From: Octopus sinensis
Lineage: Eukaryota
DNA: 64,000 nucleotides
Reading direction: 5' to 3'
NCBI RefSeq assembly: GCF_006345805.1
Contig: NC_043003.1
Span: forward strand, 87,048,001 to 87,112,000
Shown: in pieces, positions 37,578-49,155 of the stretch
Position numbering within the stretch: the first letter of the stretch is position 1
Layout of the letters: every line of letters begins with the position of its first letter
The notes under the pieces: generated by a model
What the model was told of the DNA's origin: nothing
Databases searched by the model: none
What the model saw: the letters and a program-made list of their open reading frames with translations, nothing else
Translations under genes and position numbers: made by a program

Positions 37578-39675
37578 TCTCTTTATTGCCCATAAGGGCA
37601 TACATAGAAGATACAAAAGGAGGGGCCTGGGACAAACAACGGAAAGATACAAAAAGAGGGGCCTGGGACAAAAACAACGGAAGGGGTAGTGGTGTTGGGG
37701 TTACAAATGTGAAAACTGTGGTGAAAACGGTATGAAGTTAAGATATGTGAATAAAAAAATATTGAAATATATATTTTTCCGGGTTTATTTTCAACCTGCC
37801 GATTTGGGACCTTTGTCCCCCCACCCCCCACGCCACTTTTTTTGGGGGGGAAAAGAAAATGTTTTCCTCCTTCTCCGTTTGACCGGCTACACCAGCACTG
37901 CCCCATTCATACTCAGCTTTCTTACCACATTTGCCCATCTTTTCTCATACACGCTGAGAGGAAGATACTTTCTTTCCAGAGGGACCTTGCTTAAAAGGTG
38001 GAAGTTGAACCAACTTACCAACCCTTGTCCGGAGATTAAGTGGCAGTCCCCAATCCCCTTTGCACGTGTCCTTCACACTGTCTCTTTCAGTATGGCCATT
38101 ACACAGAAAAAGGCTGCTCTCCTTTCCTTGTTCGGGGAGGGAGGCGGTACAATCTTAACTATGGACTCAATCCAGAGCCGTACTCCTTCAGTTGTTCGAC
38201 AAAGGCTATCAACCCCTCCAACACCCTACAGTGTATGAAGGCGTACGTGACAGTTTCACTGATGCGCCCGCACCTCAGGCATGTGGGGGTGTTGAAACTA
38301 GACAACCTCTCTCGAACCGGTAAGACCGATCGGTAGCACAATCAATCCAAGGATTTCGGGAAATTATCCAGACACCTCGGCCCGAATGTCCTTCCGAACA
38401 GGTTGGCCAGTTGTTCGTCATTAAAGCCTAGAGTCTCCCCCAGGACGTCATCGGACTTAAACTCTACCAACCCTCTATAGAAATCTGCAGTGGTAACCTC
38501 GCTGCCGGTATTGCTCGCTCGGAAGAACAGAATAAGTGCTTGTCTGCCCTCTTTCTGCCATTCTCCCATCTTAGGTCTCCGCTTGATCCATGTACTAAGT
38601 CCCAGAGGGACTCCAATTGTGGGTAAAGCTGCTTGGCTTGCGGTAACCACACCTGATCGCCATCCAGGTAACGCCGGAGGTGTCTCAGCCTCAACGCATG
38701 CTTGCGCATCACCAGCTATGGCATCCCTAGCCCATCCTTTAACGGTTTCTGGCAGCAGATGGAGCGCCTCACAAGTGGTGGTTTCCCCTTCCACATAAAG
38801 TGCCAAAGGATCCGTTCCAGCTTGGTCAGCCACAAAGCGGAGCAAGGCACGACGGTCAGGCAGTAGGTTATCACAGATGCTATAAACACCTGTGCAACAT
38901 CGGCCCTCCCTAGCAAGGATAACGGCCTCCCAGACCAGGGCTGGGTTATGGCTGTCACCTTACTCGCTACCTCACTCCGGTTCTTCTCCACCTGGAGATC
39001 TGATGCAAAACAGATTCCGAGAAATTAACCGGGACCTCCATCCAGCGTGCGACGACACTGTTGGGAGTCATCGACTTGCAACGTCAGGTTCTGAGTTGCA
39101 AGCCGACTGATTTTTCTGGTTAATTTTTGCCCCTACCACCGCTTCGTATCCTTTGATGGCGTCTTCTACATGAGATAGCTGCCCTTCATCAGATAGGATG
39201 ATTGTAACATCATCCGCATATGCCGTCGCACTTCAACCATAACATAGATCATGCGGGTCTCCCTCCATCGTCCCCAATCTTCGCAGCAGTGGCTCAAGAG
39301 CCAATACATACAGGTGCGGGGACAGAGGGCAGCCCTGGCGAACTGAACGGTCAATCACGAACGGGTTCGAGAAGAACCCCTTCACCTGGACTACAGATTC
39401 GATGTTGCAATATAAAGCTTCGATCCAGCGTCGGAAAGTCGGGCCCTGTCCGACCGCCCTGAGGACTGCTGCCAAATACCGATGGTCGACTCTATCGAAT
39501 GCCTTAGACTGTTCAATATTCACCAATGCCCACCTTTGCCAGGAACTTTACCCATCCTCTCTATGGTGTAGCATATGAGATGAAGGTTGTTGAATATCGT
39601 CCTACCTGGGATGGTACATGTCTGTGTCTCTCCCACCAGGTCGCCTATGACAATTCTCTTGGCTAACACTTTGGT
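37578..39675 (-). mobile_element. Tx1/L1-clade LINE, 5'-truncated decayed ORF2 (RT, C-terminal zinc finger) and 3' UTR
   Basis: SKAFDRVDHRYL, SVRQGCPLSPHLYVLALEPLL, AYADD, LSLLGRA, CLRCGRISETVTYAFIHC; 3' end CCCTTATGGGCAATAAAGAG. Confidence 0.9.
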
Positions 39676-39677
39676 AT

Positions 39678-39899
39678 GATAAAAACATTCAGACAAATAC
39701 ATAGCAAAAACATCAGGACTTACAAGTATATATAACATACAGAAAATAGCACTACTAGGCACCGTACACATCCTATGTAAAGCACTTTCAATACAATAAA
39801 AATAAGAGCATCACAACGAACCACAGCGCATACCCAAGATTCACAGAGCTGCGTTCGGTATTGCAGTGAAAGTACGTGATAAAAGTAAGACTACTGAAT
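39678..39899 (+). mobile_element. R4/Dong-like LINE 3' fragment ending in (TAA)n
   Basis: Diverged copy of ~40480-40706; ends CTACTGAAT followed by (AAT)n. Confidence 0.75.
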
Positions 39900-39908
39900 A
39901 ATAATAAC

Positions 39909-40000
<92 letters not shown>

Positions 40001-40050
40001 TAATAATAATAATAACAACAACAACAATAATAATAATAATAATAATAATA

Positions 40051-40084
<34 letters not shown>

Positions 40085-40085
<1 letters not shown>

Positions 40086-40706
40086 GCTGCCCAGTCCTGG
40101 CTAAGAAGGAATATATTCACAGACATGACAGAGTTGGAACCTACATATATTGGAAGCTATGCCAACATTATGGAATAACAACAGAAAAAAGATGGTATAG
40201 GCACACACCAGAAAAGGTCACAGAAAACGAGAAAGCAACCATACTCTGGGATATGCCGATACACACAGATAGAGAAATTAAGGCCAACAGACCAGATATA
40301 GTTGTCAGAGATCATGAAGGAAAAAAATGCTTTCTAATTGATGTATCAATACCGGCAGATGACAACGTGTCTCTAAAAGAAATGGAGAAACTCTCAAAAT
40401 ACAAAGACCTGGAAATAGAAGTAACCAGAATGTGGAATCTAAAAACAGAAACAATTCCTATCATAGTAGGTGCATTAGGCATGATAAAAAAATATTCAGA
40501 CAAATACATAACAAAAACACCAGGACTTACAAACACATATAACATACAGAAAATTGCACTACTAGGCACTGCACACATCCTAAGGAGAACACTTTCCATA
40601 CAATAACCATCAGAGCATCACAACAAATCACAGCACATACCCAAGGCACACAGAGCTGCGCTCGGCAGTGAAGTGAAAGCACGCTATAAAAATAAAACTA
40701 CTGAAT
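40085..40706 (+). mobile_element. R4/Dong-like non-LTR retrotransposon 3' fragment (restriction-like endonuclease) inside a (TAA)n array
   Basis: ILWDMPIHTDREIKANRPDIVV...LIDVSIP...EKLSKYKDL...IIVGALG (PD..D RLE motif); (AAT)n on both sides. Confidence 0.85.
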
Positions 40707-41250
40707 AATGATAATAATAATAATAATAATAATAATAAGTTCAGCTCACTACTTCTCTTCATCTGATACCAACCCCACACGGATTCCCACACACCTTCCA
40801 CATTCAACTGCCCCCCTCCACTTGCGCACTTGTTGCATACCGCCTACCTTGGTACCCTCACAACACACACCACTATACAAACACCCATACACACTGTTCA
40901 GCTCATTACTCACTTCACACATCATTACACAGATCCACAAACACCTTCCCACTCCAAACACAGTAGCACCGAATATTTCTCGGCACCCACGTCACACCAT
41001 TATCCACAAAATCCATACACCCTCACACACCACACTGTCTAACTCAGTACATACACCACACACCATCATGTACACAAGCCCATGATGCCTGAACACAGAC
41101 AATATATAATATATGCACACACACACGCAACACGCATACACACAGATAACTTTCACCCACAAACATACACTATACACATGCACAGTATTTTGTCACAGAC
41201 ACACCGAGACACACACATACACACCACCTGAACAAACTGTTAAACTTTTA

Positions 41251-41291
41251 TCTATATATATATATAAAAGAGAGATTGTGTGTGTGTGTGT

Positions 41292-41353
<62 letters not shown>

Positions 41354-42158
41354 TGAGTGAGTGAGTGCGCGCGTGTGCGTATGTTTCTTATGCATTCGAA
41401 AACTGAGTTGCTGATTTTGACGTAGGGGGTATCAAAAGATTCAGTAATCTTTCGGCTATCAAATAAACTTTACTTCTATTTACATATTTTCTACGTTATC
41501 TCAACAACTAACTATAGTTAATTGAAAGACACTGCTCTACAACGACCAGGTTTCATTATATAGTGTTGCATAACAAAACACGTTCTCAATATTTTTATTT
41601 TCTCCCTCTCCACACCAAATTCATTTTTTATTTTTTCAAATGTTTTTTCTTGGTAATCCATAGAGAAAAAAACAGAGTACGAATCTTTAAGAATTTTACC
41701 CATTACGGGTGGGCGACGTGGGGGAAGGTATATTGAGTGTTTCTTTCAGAAAAATTAAACCATAAAACATATGTAAATTTCCCGGATTCGTAATCTCTGT
41801 ATTTTTTTACGTAGATGAAAAAAATCGAAAAAGTTACAAATTAAGAAATTGCGGTGAGAATGGTGGGTGGGTGAGGGGAAATTAAAATTTTGAAAACGTG
41901 ATTTCTGGATAAAATCGTATTAATCCCCTTTTATACGATGAAAGAATACATAGTAGGTGATCCTTCTTAAGAACAGAAAGCACTTTCATGCAAACCCATG
42001 CAAACTGTATCCTCGGCCTTCACTATTAAACAAAAAATAACTTCCATTATGCCGTTAACTATATATCAATGGTGCCGATTCTGCCCATAAGAAAGGAGCA
42101 AATAATACAATGTGCCTGTAGGTCATAACACCCGAGCAACGCCGGGATGCATTGCTAG
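41251..42158 (+). mobile_element. Non-autonomous Helitron
   Basis: A|TCTATATATATATATAAAAG ... CCCGAGCAACGCCGGG-ATGCATTG-CTAG|T. Confidence 0.75.
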
Positions 42159-42167
42159 TGTGTGTGT

Positions 42168-42209
<42 letters not shown>

Positions 42210-42229
42210 TGTGTGTGTATGAATGTATG

Positions 42230-42436
42230 TGACCACGTGTGTATCGTTGGGGATTTTTTTCCTTTGTCTTCCCTTCCTAGGATCTTTCCTTTTCCTATGT
42301 TTCTGACGAAGAGCTCCGCTCGAAACGTTAAATCCTCCTTCTTTCTTTCCTTTCCTGAGCGTCTAATAACACTATACTTGTTCCACGTCCTCGCGTTGTT
42401 GTGTTTTCTCTTTGTGCTTTCACGTTTGGATTAACT
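42230..42436 (+). mobile_element. PLE-like terminal repeat with minimal hammerhead motif (42297-42334)
   Basis: UUU-CUGACGA-A-GAGC(UCC)GCUC-GAAA-CGUUA-AAU; ends GGATTAAC running into (TATG)n. Confidence 0.65.
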
Positions 42437-42531
42437 ATGTATGTATGTATGTATGTATGTATGTATGTATGTATGTATGTATGTATGTATGTATGTATGT
42501 ATGTATGTATGTATGTATGCATGTGTGTATA

Positions 42532-45521
42532 CAGGGATGCCACTGATGGTTTTTTTCCATCCAGATCTGGGTTTTTAAGTTAGTTTTGGCAGCAAACTTA
42601 TCTTTTAAAGAGAATTCGGTGTCATACTCTTTGTATGCAATATGTACCAAAGTTGCACCTCTTCTAATAGTTTGTAAACTTGCTGCATATCCATAATCAT
42701 CTCACGTACTGAATTTATCGATGCAAATATTGTATGTGACGTAATTACTGATCGTATGCGTTTATTATTTGTTTATACTTGTATTATACTGGGCAACTAC
42801 AAGTTACAACGCGTAAGTGGCCGCTTGTACACTTGTCTGAAACTCTAACACCACCAGCTGACACCTTGACTATGTTGATGTTGTACGCTTCGATTGTTAC
42901 TCGCGATTTAAAAATTGTTTAACAACATTTTAAGTGAGTGTTTTTGTTTTGTAACCCTTTGCAAAGTAATGGGAGACAACAGTGTGTCCAAAAAGAGGAA
43001 ATGGTACACCGAAAATTTCAAGAAGATGTGGTTGGAAGATGCTGAGCTTAAAGATTGGTTACGGCAAGATGATAAAAATCTTGACACCTGTTACTGCGTT
43101 TGTTGCAAAGTTGTGTTGAAAAATGCTAACAAATCAATGCTGTTAGCTCATAAAAACACTACCAAACACAAGAATGCGTTTGATTGTGTGAAATCTGCTA
43201 TTAAAAGTAGCTAAGGTAGACTTGCTACTAACAGGTTATGTTGCTGAACATCACGTACCTTTCATCCATATAAATCACTTAGCTGAAATTTGTAAAAAGA
43301 CCTTTCTCGATAGTGAAATAGCTAAAAATCTACAAATGAAAAAAAAAAATTAACATACATTATGCAGGCGCAGGAGTGGCTGTGTGGTAAGTAGCTTGTC
43401 TACCAACCGCATGGTTCCGGGTTCAGTCCCACTGCGTGGCACCTTGGGCAAGTGTCTTCTGCTATAGCCCCGGGCCGACCAAAGCCTTGTGAGTGAATTT
43501 GGTAGACGGAAACTGAAAGAAGACCGTCGTATATATGTATATATATATATATATATGCGTGTGTGTGTTTGTGTGTCTGTGTTTGTCCCCTAGCATTGCT
43601 TGACAACCGATGCTGGTGTGTTTATGTCCCCGTCACTTAGCGGTTCGGCAAAAGAGACCGATAGAATAAGTACTGGGCTTACAAAAGAATAAGTCCCGGG
43701 GTCGAGTTGCTCGATTAAAGTCGGTGCTCCAGCATGGCCGCAGTCAAATGACTGAAACAAGTAAAAGAGTAAAGAGTATGCAAGACGGAATTGCACATTA
43801 TGAACAAAATGAAATCTCGGACATTCTCAAGAAACAAAAGTTTTCATTATTGATAGATGAGAGTACGGACATCTCACTGACACAAATCTTAGCAATAGTT
43901 GTTCGCTTTTTTATGAACAATTTCTTAATGCCAAGGATGTTCTTCTGGATGCAGTTCTAGTAGAAAATGGTTCGTCTCAGGGTTTGTACGATGCTGTCAA
44001 GTCTACGTTTACAAAAGAAGATGTATCTATGAGCAACATACTTGGATTTGCCAGCGATAATTATTCAACAATGATGGGTAACAAGAGCGGGATTCAAAAG
44101 TTATTGAGAAACGATATTCCGACTGTATTTACAATAGGCTGAGTTTGCTATTCGTCTGCACTTTGTTCAAGTCATGCAGCGATGGTGTTACCTTCTTATC
44201 TCGAGTTCTTTTTAAATGACTTAACTTTTTACTTTTCTCGAAGTAGCAAACGTCAAAAATACTTCAATATGATACAAAGTGTTGTTGGCACAAAGGAAAA
44301 TAAGATTCCAAAGTTTTCGCAAACTAGACAGTTGCCACGTGGAAATTTAATTAACGTTATAATAGAACAGTACTTTATTTTCAGTCGAGCAAAAAGGATC
44401 TATGAAAATGCTGCTCTTCTTACATTATATATATTAAAGAAAGTAAATGCCCTTAATGTTGAGTTTCAATCGGAACACTTTCGACTGCATCTGTTGCATA
44501 CACTCGTATCCAGTGAATATAAAAGTATCCTTAGTTGCTTTATAAAAGAGGATGTTTTATCTGTATCTAAATTGTCAGATATTGATCTTAATAATACAAC
44601 AAATCATAAAGATATGAGTGATATTTACCTCGGTAGACGCGCAATGAGATATCTAGAATAAAACCCCACCTTTGGTGACTCAGCTAAATTCAAAACTGAT
44701 TGCAAAATTTTCTTAAAGAATTATGCTTTCAAATAAAAATGCGCTTTCCTCTCGATGAAGCTGGAGTGTTTTCCCTCTTTGAAATACTTGATCCAAAAGT
44801 AGCGCGCGATCTCACTCGATAATTCCCTTGGCATCAAACTTTCCAGCAAGTGCACCAGAAAACACACTTGATGAACTAGACGATGAGTGGAGATTATTTC
44901 GGCAATATTGAGATATTCTTGTTTCCTCAAAAAAAGCAACCCCGAATTCTGGTATTCCATATGCAACCTTAAAGACAGGCTTGACCACACTAAATTTGAG
45001 AGGCTGTCACAATTCATGACTAATTTGACGGTGTTACCTCGTTCATCAGTGTGTGTGTGGAGCGCATATTTTCCCAAGTAAACTGCGCGAAGACAAAGTT
45101 CACTAAAAGGTTGAAGGCCGAAACGATCACCGATCGTCTTACTCGCTAAACAAGCAATTACTAAAAAAGGGAGCGTCATGCATTTCTTGGGAGCCGAACG
45201 CTAAACTTATTAAAGATGTAGTGGACGGGTCTTGTCATCGTAGATATACGAGTAGATTGAACTTCAAAAAGGAAGAAAATTAGTCTATCACCATTGAAGG
45301 AGTGAATGAAGATGATATGGATGTGTACGAAATTGACAATTAGCTACCATATGATATAAAGTAAGTACTAAATTATATATTCATTTTGTCATATAACATA
45401 TTTTATCATTAAATCACCAATTATATATCTATTTTCTAACATCTGGGTTTATAAAATAGGATCTGGGTTTTTGTGCAGCAAATAATCTGGGTGTTTTATA
45501 ATTTGATGAGTGGCAACCCAG
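42532..45521 (+). mobile_element. Near full-length hAT (Tip100/ZNF862-like) transposon with pseudogenised transposase (~42969-45340)
   Basis: TIRs CAGGGATGCCACTGAT / ATGAGTGGCAACCCAG; 8-bp TSD TGTGTATA/TATGTATA; ATCTGGG subterminal repeats; zinc finger CVCC...H....KH, FSLLIDESTDIS, GFASDN and a dimerisation-like region. Stops and frameshifts throughout. Confidence 0.9.
43367..43777 (+). mobile_element. SINE family C nested in the hAT transposase
   Basis: Full-length copy with TSD TATGCA; removing it restores LTYIMQDGIAHYEQ. Confidence 0.9.
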
Positions 45522-45531
45522 TATGTATATA

Positions 45532-45764
45532 TATTTCTTTACTGCCCACAAGGGGCTAAACATAGAGGGGACAAACAAGGACAGACGAAGGGATTGAGTC
45601 GATAATATCGCTCCCAGTGCGAAACTGGTACTTTATTTATCGACCCCGAAAGGATGAAAGGCAAAGTTGACCTCGGCGGAATTTGAACTCAGAACGTAAC
45701 GACAGACGAAATACCGCTAAGCATTTCGCCCGGCGCGCTAACGATTCTGCCAGCTCGCCGCCTT
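45532..45764 (-). mobile_element. SINE family B
   Basis: Full-length match to family B. Confidence 0.85.
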
Positions 45765-46076
45765 CCCAGTTTGTATATATGATGGACTCTTCTGTCGAAG
45801 ACGATGTACGAGCGTTCAGCTTTTGCCAAACAATCTGCGCAAATGAGTTGTTTATTATGATCAAATATATGTGCCGTACATCACTCCCTATACCAAATTG
45901 ACGCTGCCTGAACACATGTCCGGTGTACTACGGGTCGGGTGCAGAAGTGATCACAGAACAACGAGAGATGAAGTGTTTTGCTCAAGAACACAACGCACCA
46001 TCCTGTCTAGAAATTGAAGCCACGAACTTGCGCGATCGTGAGTGCAACACCACCGTAACCATTGGGCCATACATTT

Positions 46077-46140
<64 letters not shown>

Positions 46141-46149
46141 TATATATTA

Positions 46150-46205
<56 letters not shown>

Positions 46206-46257
46206 TGTATATAGTTTTATATATATATATATATATCGTTTTATATATATATATATA

Positions 46258-46299
<42 letters not shown>

Positions 46300-46899
46300 T
46301 ATATATATATAATATATATATTATATATATATAATATATATATATATATGCATGGTTGTGTGTGTGCGACTTACGTGATACTATAACATCTGGATGACTC
46401 TGTCCGCTTTTTTTCCCGTCTGAGAGTGGTTTTTACCCGAAATATTTTCAGCTATTATAGATTTGCTTGTAAGCTGCTTTGAAAAATTTCTCAATCCTTC
46501 AAATGTATGTAGGCGCAGTTACCTCTCCTGATGGTAGCTGCCTAAATAGCTCGCCACTAGATGGCACAACATGTAACCCTAAGGTTGCGACACTTAGTCC
46601 TCTTTCTTTGTCATAAGCCCACAGCAGTGTGTGAGGATGCACAACACACGCATAACACACGCAACAGCTAAGAGACATTGAGCAGATATGAGGTAGAATA
46701 TACAGAAGCTGAACATGGCCTTCACTTGTAAACGCTTTCCATGATTATTCAACTTGTATATATTTGTGACCTGGAGTAAAAGCATTCAAAAGTCACAGCT
46801 TGGTTCCATGAATTCATTGTACATTCTTCCTTCATCGAATGACATCTATTCTAGCCTTCTGAACGGAGTCGTCATTAGAGGGTTTCACCACGTGAGGCC

Positions 46900-46982
46900 A
46901 CGACCATCAAAATGTATGACATAAAAGTAGGTGCTCCAGCATGGCCGCAGTCAAATTACTGAAACAAGTAAAAGAATAAAAG

Positions 46983-47019
<37 letters not shown>

Positions 47020-47213
47020 ACACACAAACATATGAAGATATGTGTGAGTTTTTGTGGTCCGCGACCATCTATATGTATGACATAAAAGTAGGTGCTCCAG
47101 CATGGCCGCAGTCAAATTACTGAAACAAGTAAAAGAATAAAAGAAACACACACACACACATACACACACTCACACACACATATGAAGATATGTGTGAGTG
47201 TTTGTGGTCCGCG
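46900..47213. repeat. ~160-bp tandem duplication containing a SINE C tail and (CA)n
   Basis: TGTATGACATAAAAGTAGGTGCTCCAGCATGG...GTGGTCCGCG occurs twice. Confidence 0.85.
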
Positions 47214-47496
47214 CAAGGAAGAAAGATAAATGTGTTAGATTTTTACCTCACTAAAGCGAAGAGTGTTAAGTAAAAGTAAGGTAATGAATCATCGATTGGC
47301 CATCTGCAATCTACTATTGAAGCACATACTTCTGTCACCTTGGGATTTTGTTGTTTCTACTTATGTGACATTCCTTTTCAGTCGGTTTGTCAGTTTACCT
47401 TCAACACCTGACATAACTAATCACATACAAGTTGAAATGGTAACAAAACAAATAATACATATATATGTATGTTTGTGTACGTCTCTCTCTCTCTCC

Positions 47497-47560
<64 letters not shown>

Positions 47561-47625
47561 TATGTATGTGTATATATTAATATATGTGTGTGTATTTATA
47601 TACATAGACACACACACGCACACAT

Positions 47626-47658
<33 letters not shown>

Positions 47659-47739
47659 AGAGTGTATAAGTATTTATATACAGAGAGGTGACCCTTGACA
47701 GGACATCTTATACGCTAGAAAGGGCAACCATATATATAT

Positions 47740-47772
<33 letters not shown>

Positions 47773-47828
47773 GCATACATACATATATATATATATACAT
47801 ACATATATATATGCATATATATATATAC

Positions 47829-47859
<31 letters not shown>

Positions 47860-48070
47860 GTTAATCCAAACATGAAAACACAAAGAGAAAACACAGCAAC
47901 GCGAGGACGTGGAACAAGTATAGTATTATTGGACGCTCAGGAAAGAAGGAACGAAGGAGGATTTAACGTTTCGAGCGGAGCTCTTCGTCAGAAACACAGA
48001 AAAAGGAAAGATCCAAAGAAGAGAAGACGGAGGAAAAAAATCGCCAACGGTACACAGGCGGTCACATTTT
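47860..48070 (-). mobile_element. PLE-like terminal repeat with minimal hammerhead motif (47960-47997)
   Basis: Reverse complement of 42230-42436; abuts (TA)n. Confidence 0.65.
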
Positions 48071-48071
48071 G

Positions 48072-48211
48072 AAACCTTTTTCTATTTTCTGTCCCTGTTT
48101 ATTTCTGTGTTCCTTTCTGTCGAAGAGCGTAGGCTCGAAACGTAAAAGACTTACGCTCTTCGACAGAAAGGAACACAGAAATAAACAGGGACAGAAAATA
48201 GAAAAAGGTTT
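48072..48211. repeat. Perfect 60-bp inverted repeat with 20-nt loop, overlapping a hammerhead-like variant
   Basis: 48072-48131 is the exact reverse complement of 48152-48211; CTGTCGAAGAGCGTAGGCTCGAAACGTA spans the arm and loop. Confidence 0.85.
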
Positions 48212-48969
48212 AGTGACTAGACAGACAGACAGACAGACATATAGATAGATTAGTAGCAGGTTGTGATGCTTGCGTTGTTGGTGGTGGATAATATTGGTAA
48301 AAGTGGAAGTGGCTATGTTGGCTATAGCGGCAATTGTGGCCATCGTAGCGTCGTCGTCGTCATTGTTGGTGTTGTTGTTGTAGTTGTTATTGTTGCTGTT
48401 GTTGTCGTCATCGTCGCTGATGGTGGTGGTGGTGGTGGTGGAAAGAAGTTGGTTTGACTGTCTTTTTATTGGTTGTTGTTGTTGTCGATTAGCCACAAAT
48501 CAGTCCTCATAGAGCAGTCCTATTGCATCATGTCTGCCGCACGACAAAGTGCTGCTCATAGATCCATTTTATCAGATACGGACATAATGCGCATTTCGAT
48601 TTTGCAATGAAGAGTCATAAGAGAAGTAGAGTGACAACCTGAACATGAAAATCTCTGCAACAGTCAGTCTACCCGGTAGATTCTGGTGGTGCTCACGGCA
48701 GATGCAACCAAGAGAGACTTGGTCCGAGTGCAATAGTTACTTTTCCATTGATCTGCCCGAATCGTGGACACGTCGGACAAATCGTTTAGCGTAATTTCTT
48801 CCCGTTCTACGTTTTGAGTTCAAAAGTCGACTTTGCCATTCACGGTCGATAAAATAAGAACCAGCCGAGGAGCACTAGGATCGATGAAATCGACTATCCA
48901 CTTCCCCCAAAATTTCAGTAGATAGAATTAGTGTTTGTTTTATCGTATAGATTTGTAGTGACGCTATAC

Positions 48970-49155
48970 AGCGGCGCGCGCGCGCGCGCACCGTCCATTC
49001 CTGTTTCGCGCGTGCGGGGTTGGTGCTTTCTCCACCGGAAGTAGGAATTTGCTGACGTGGCGTTTGGCTTGTATGGCGAAGGGAAGGTGAACCTTAAAAG
49101 GGGTCCGGAGTGATAGCAGCAGCAGGCAGTGACTTGAGACATGGCTATCGAAGGT
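48970..49155 (+). promoter_or_regulatory. Candidate CpG-rich housekeeping-type promoter / first exon
   Basis: Local CpG cluster with TTTCGCGC (E2F-like), CCGGAAGT (ETS), TGACGTGG (bZIP) and ATGGCG within ~80 bp; GACATGG at ~49141. Confidence 0.35.

Noticed and set aside
46553-46566. CTCF-like motif GCCACTAGATGGCA
   Set aside because: A single motif, also common inside DNA-transposon ends; no supporting context.
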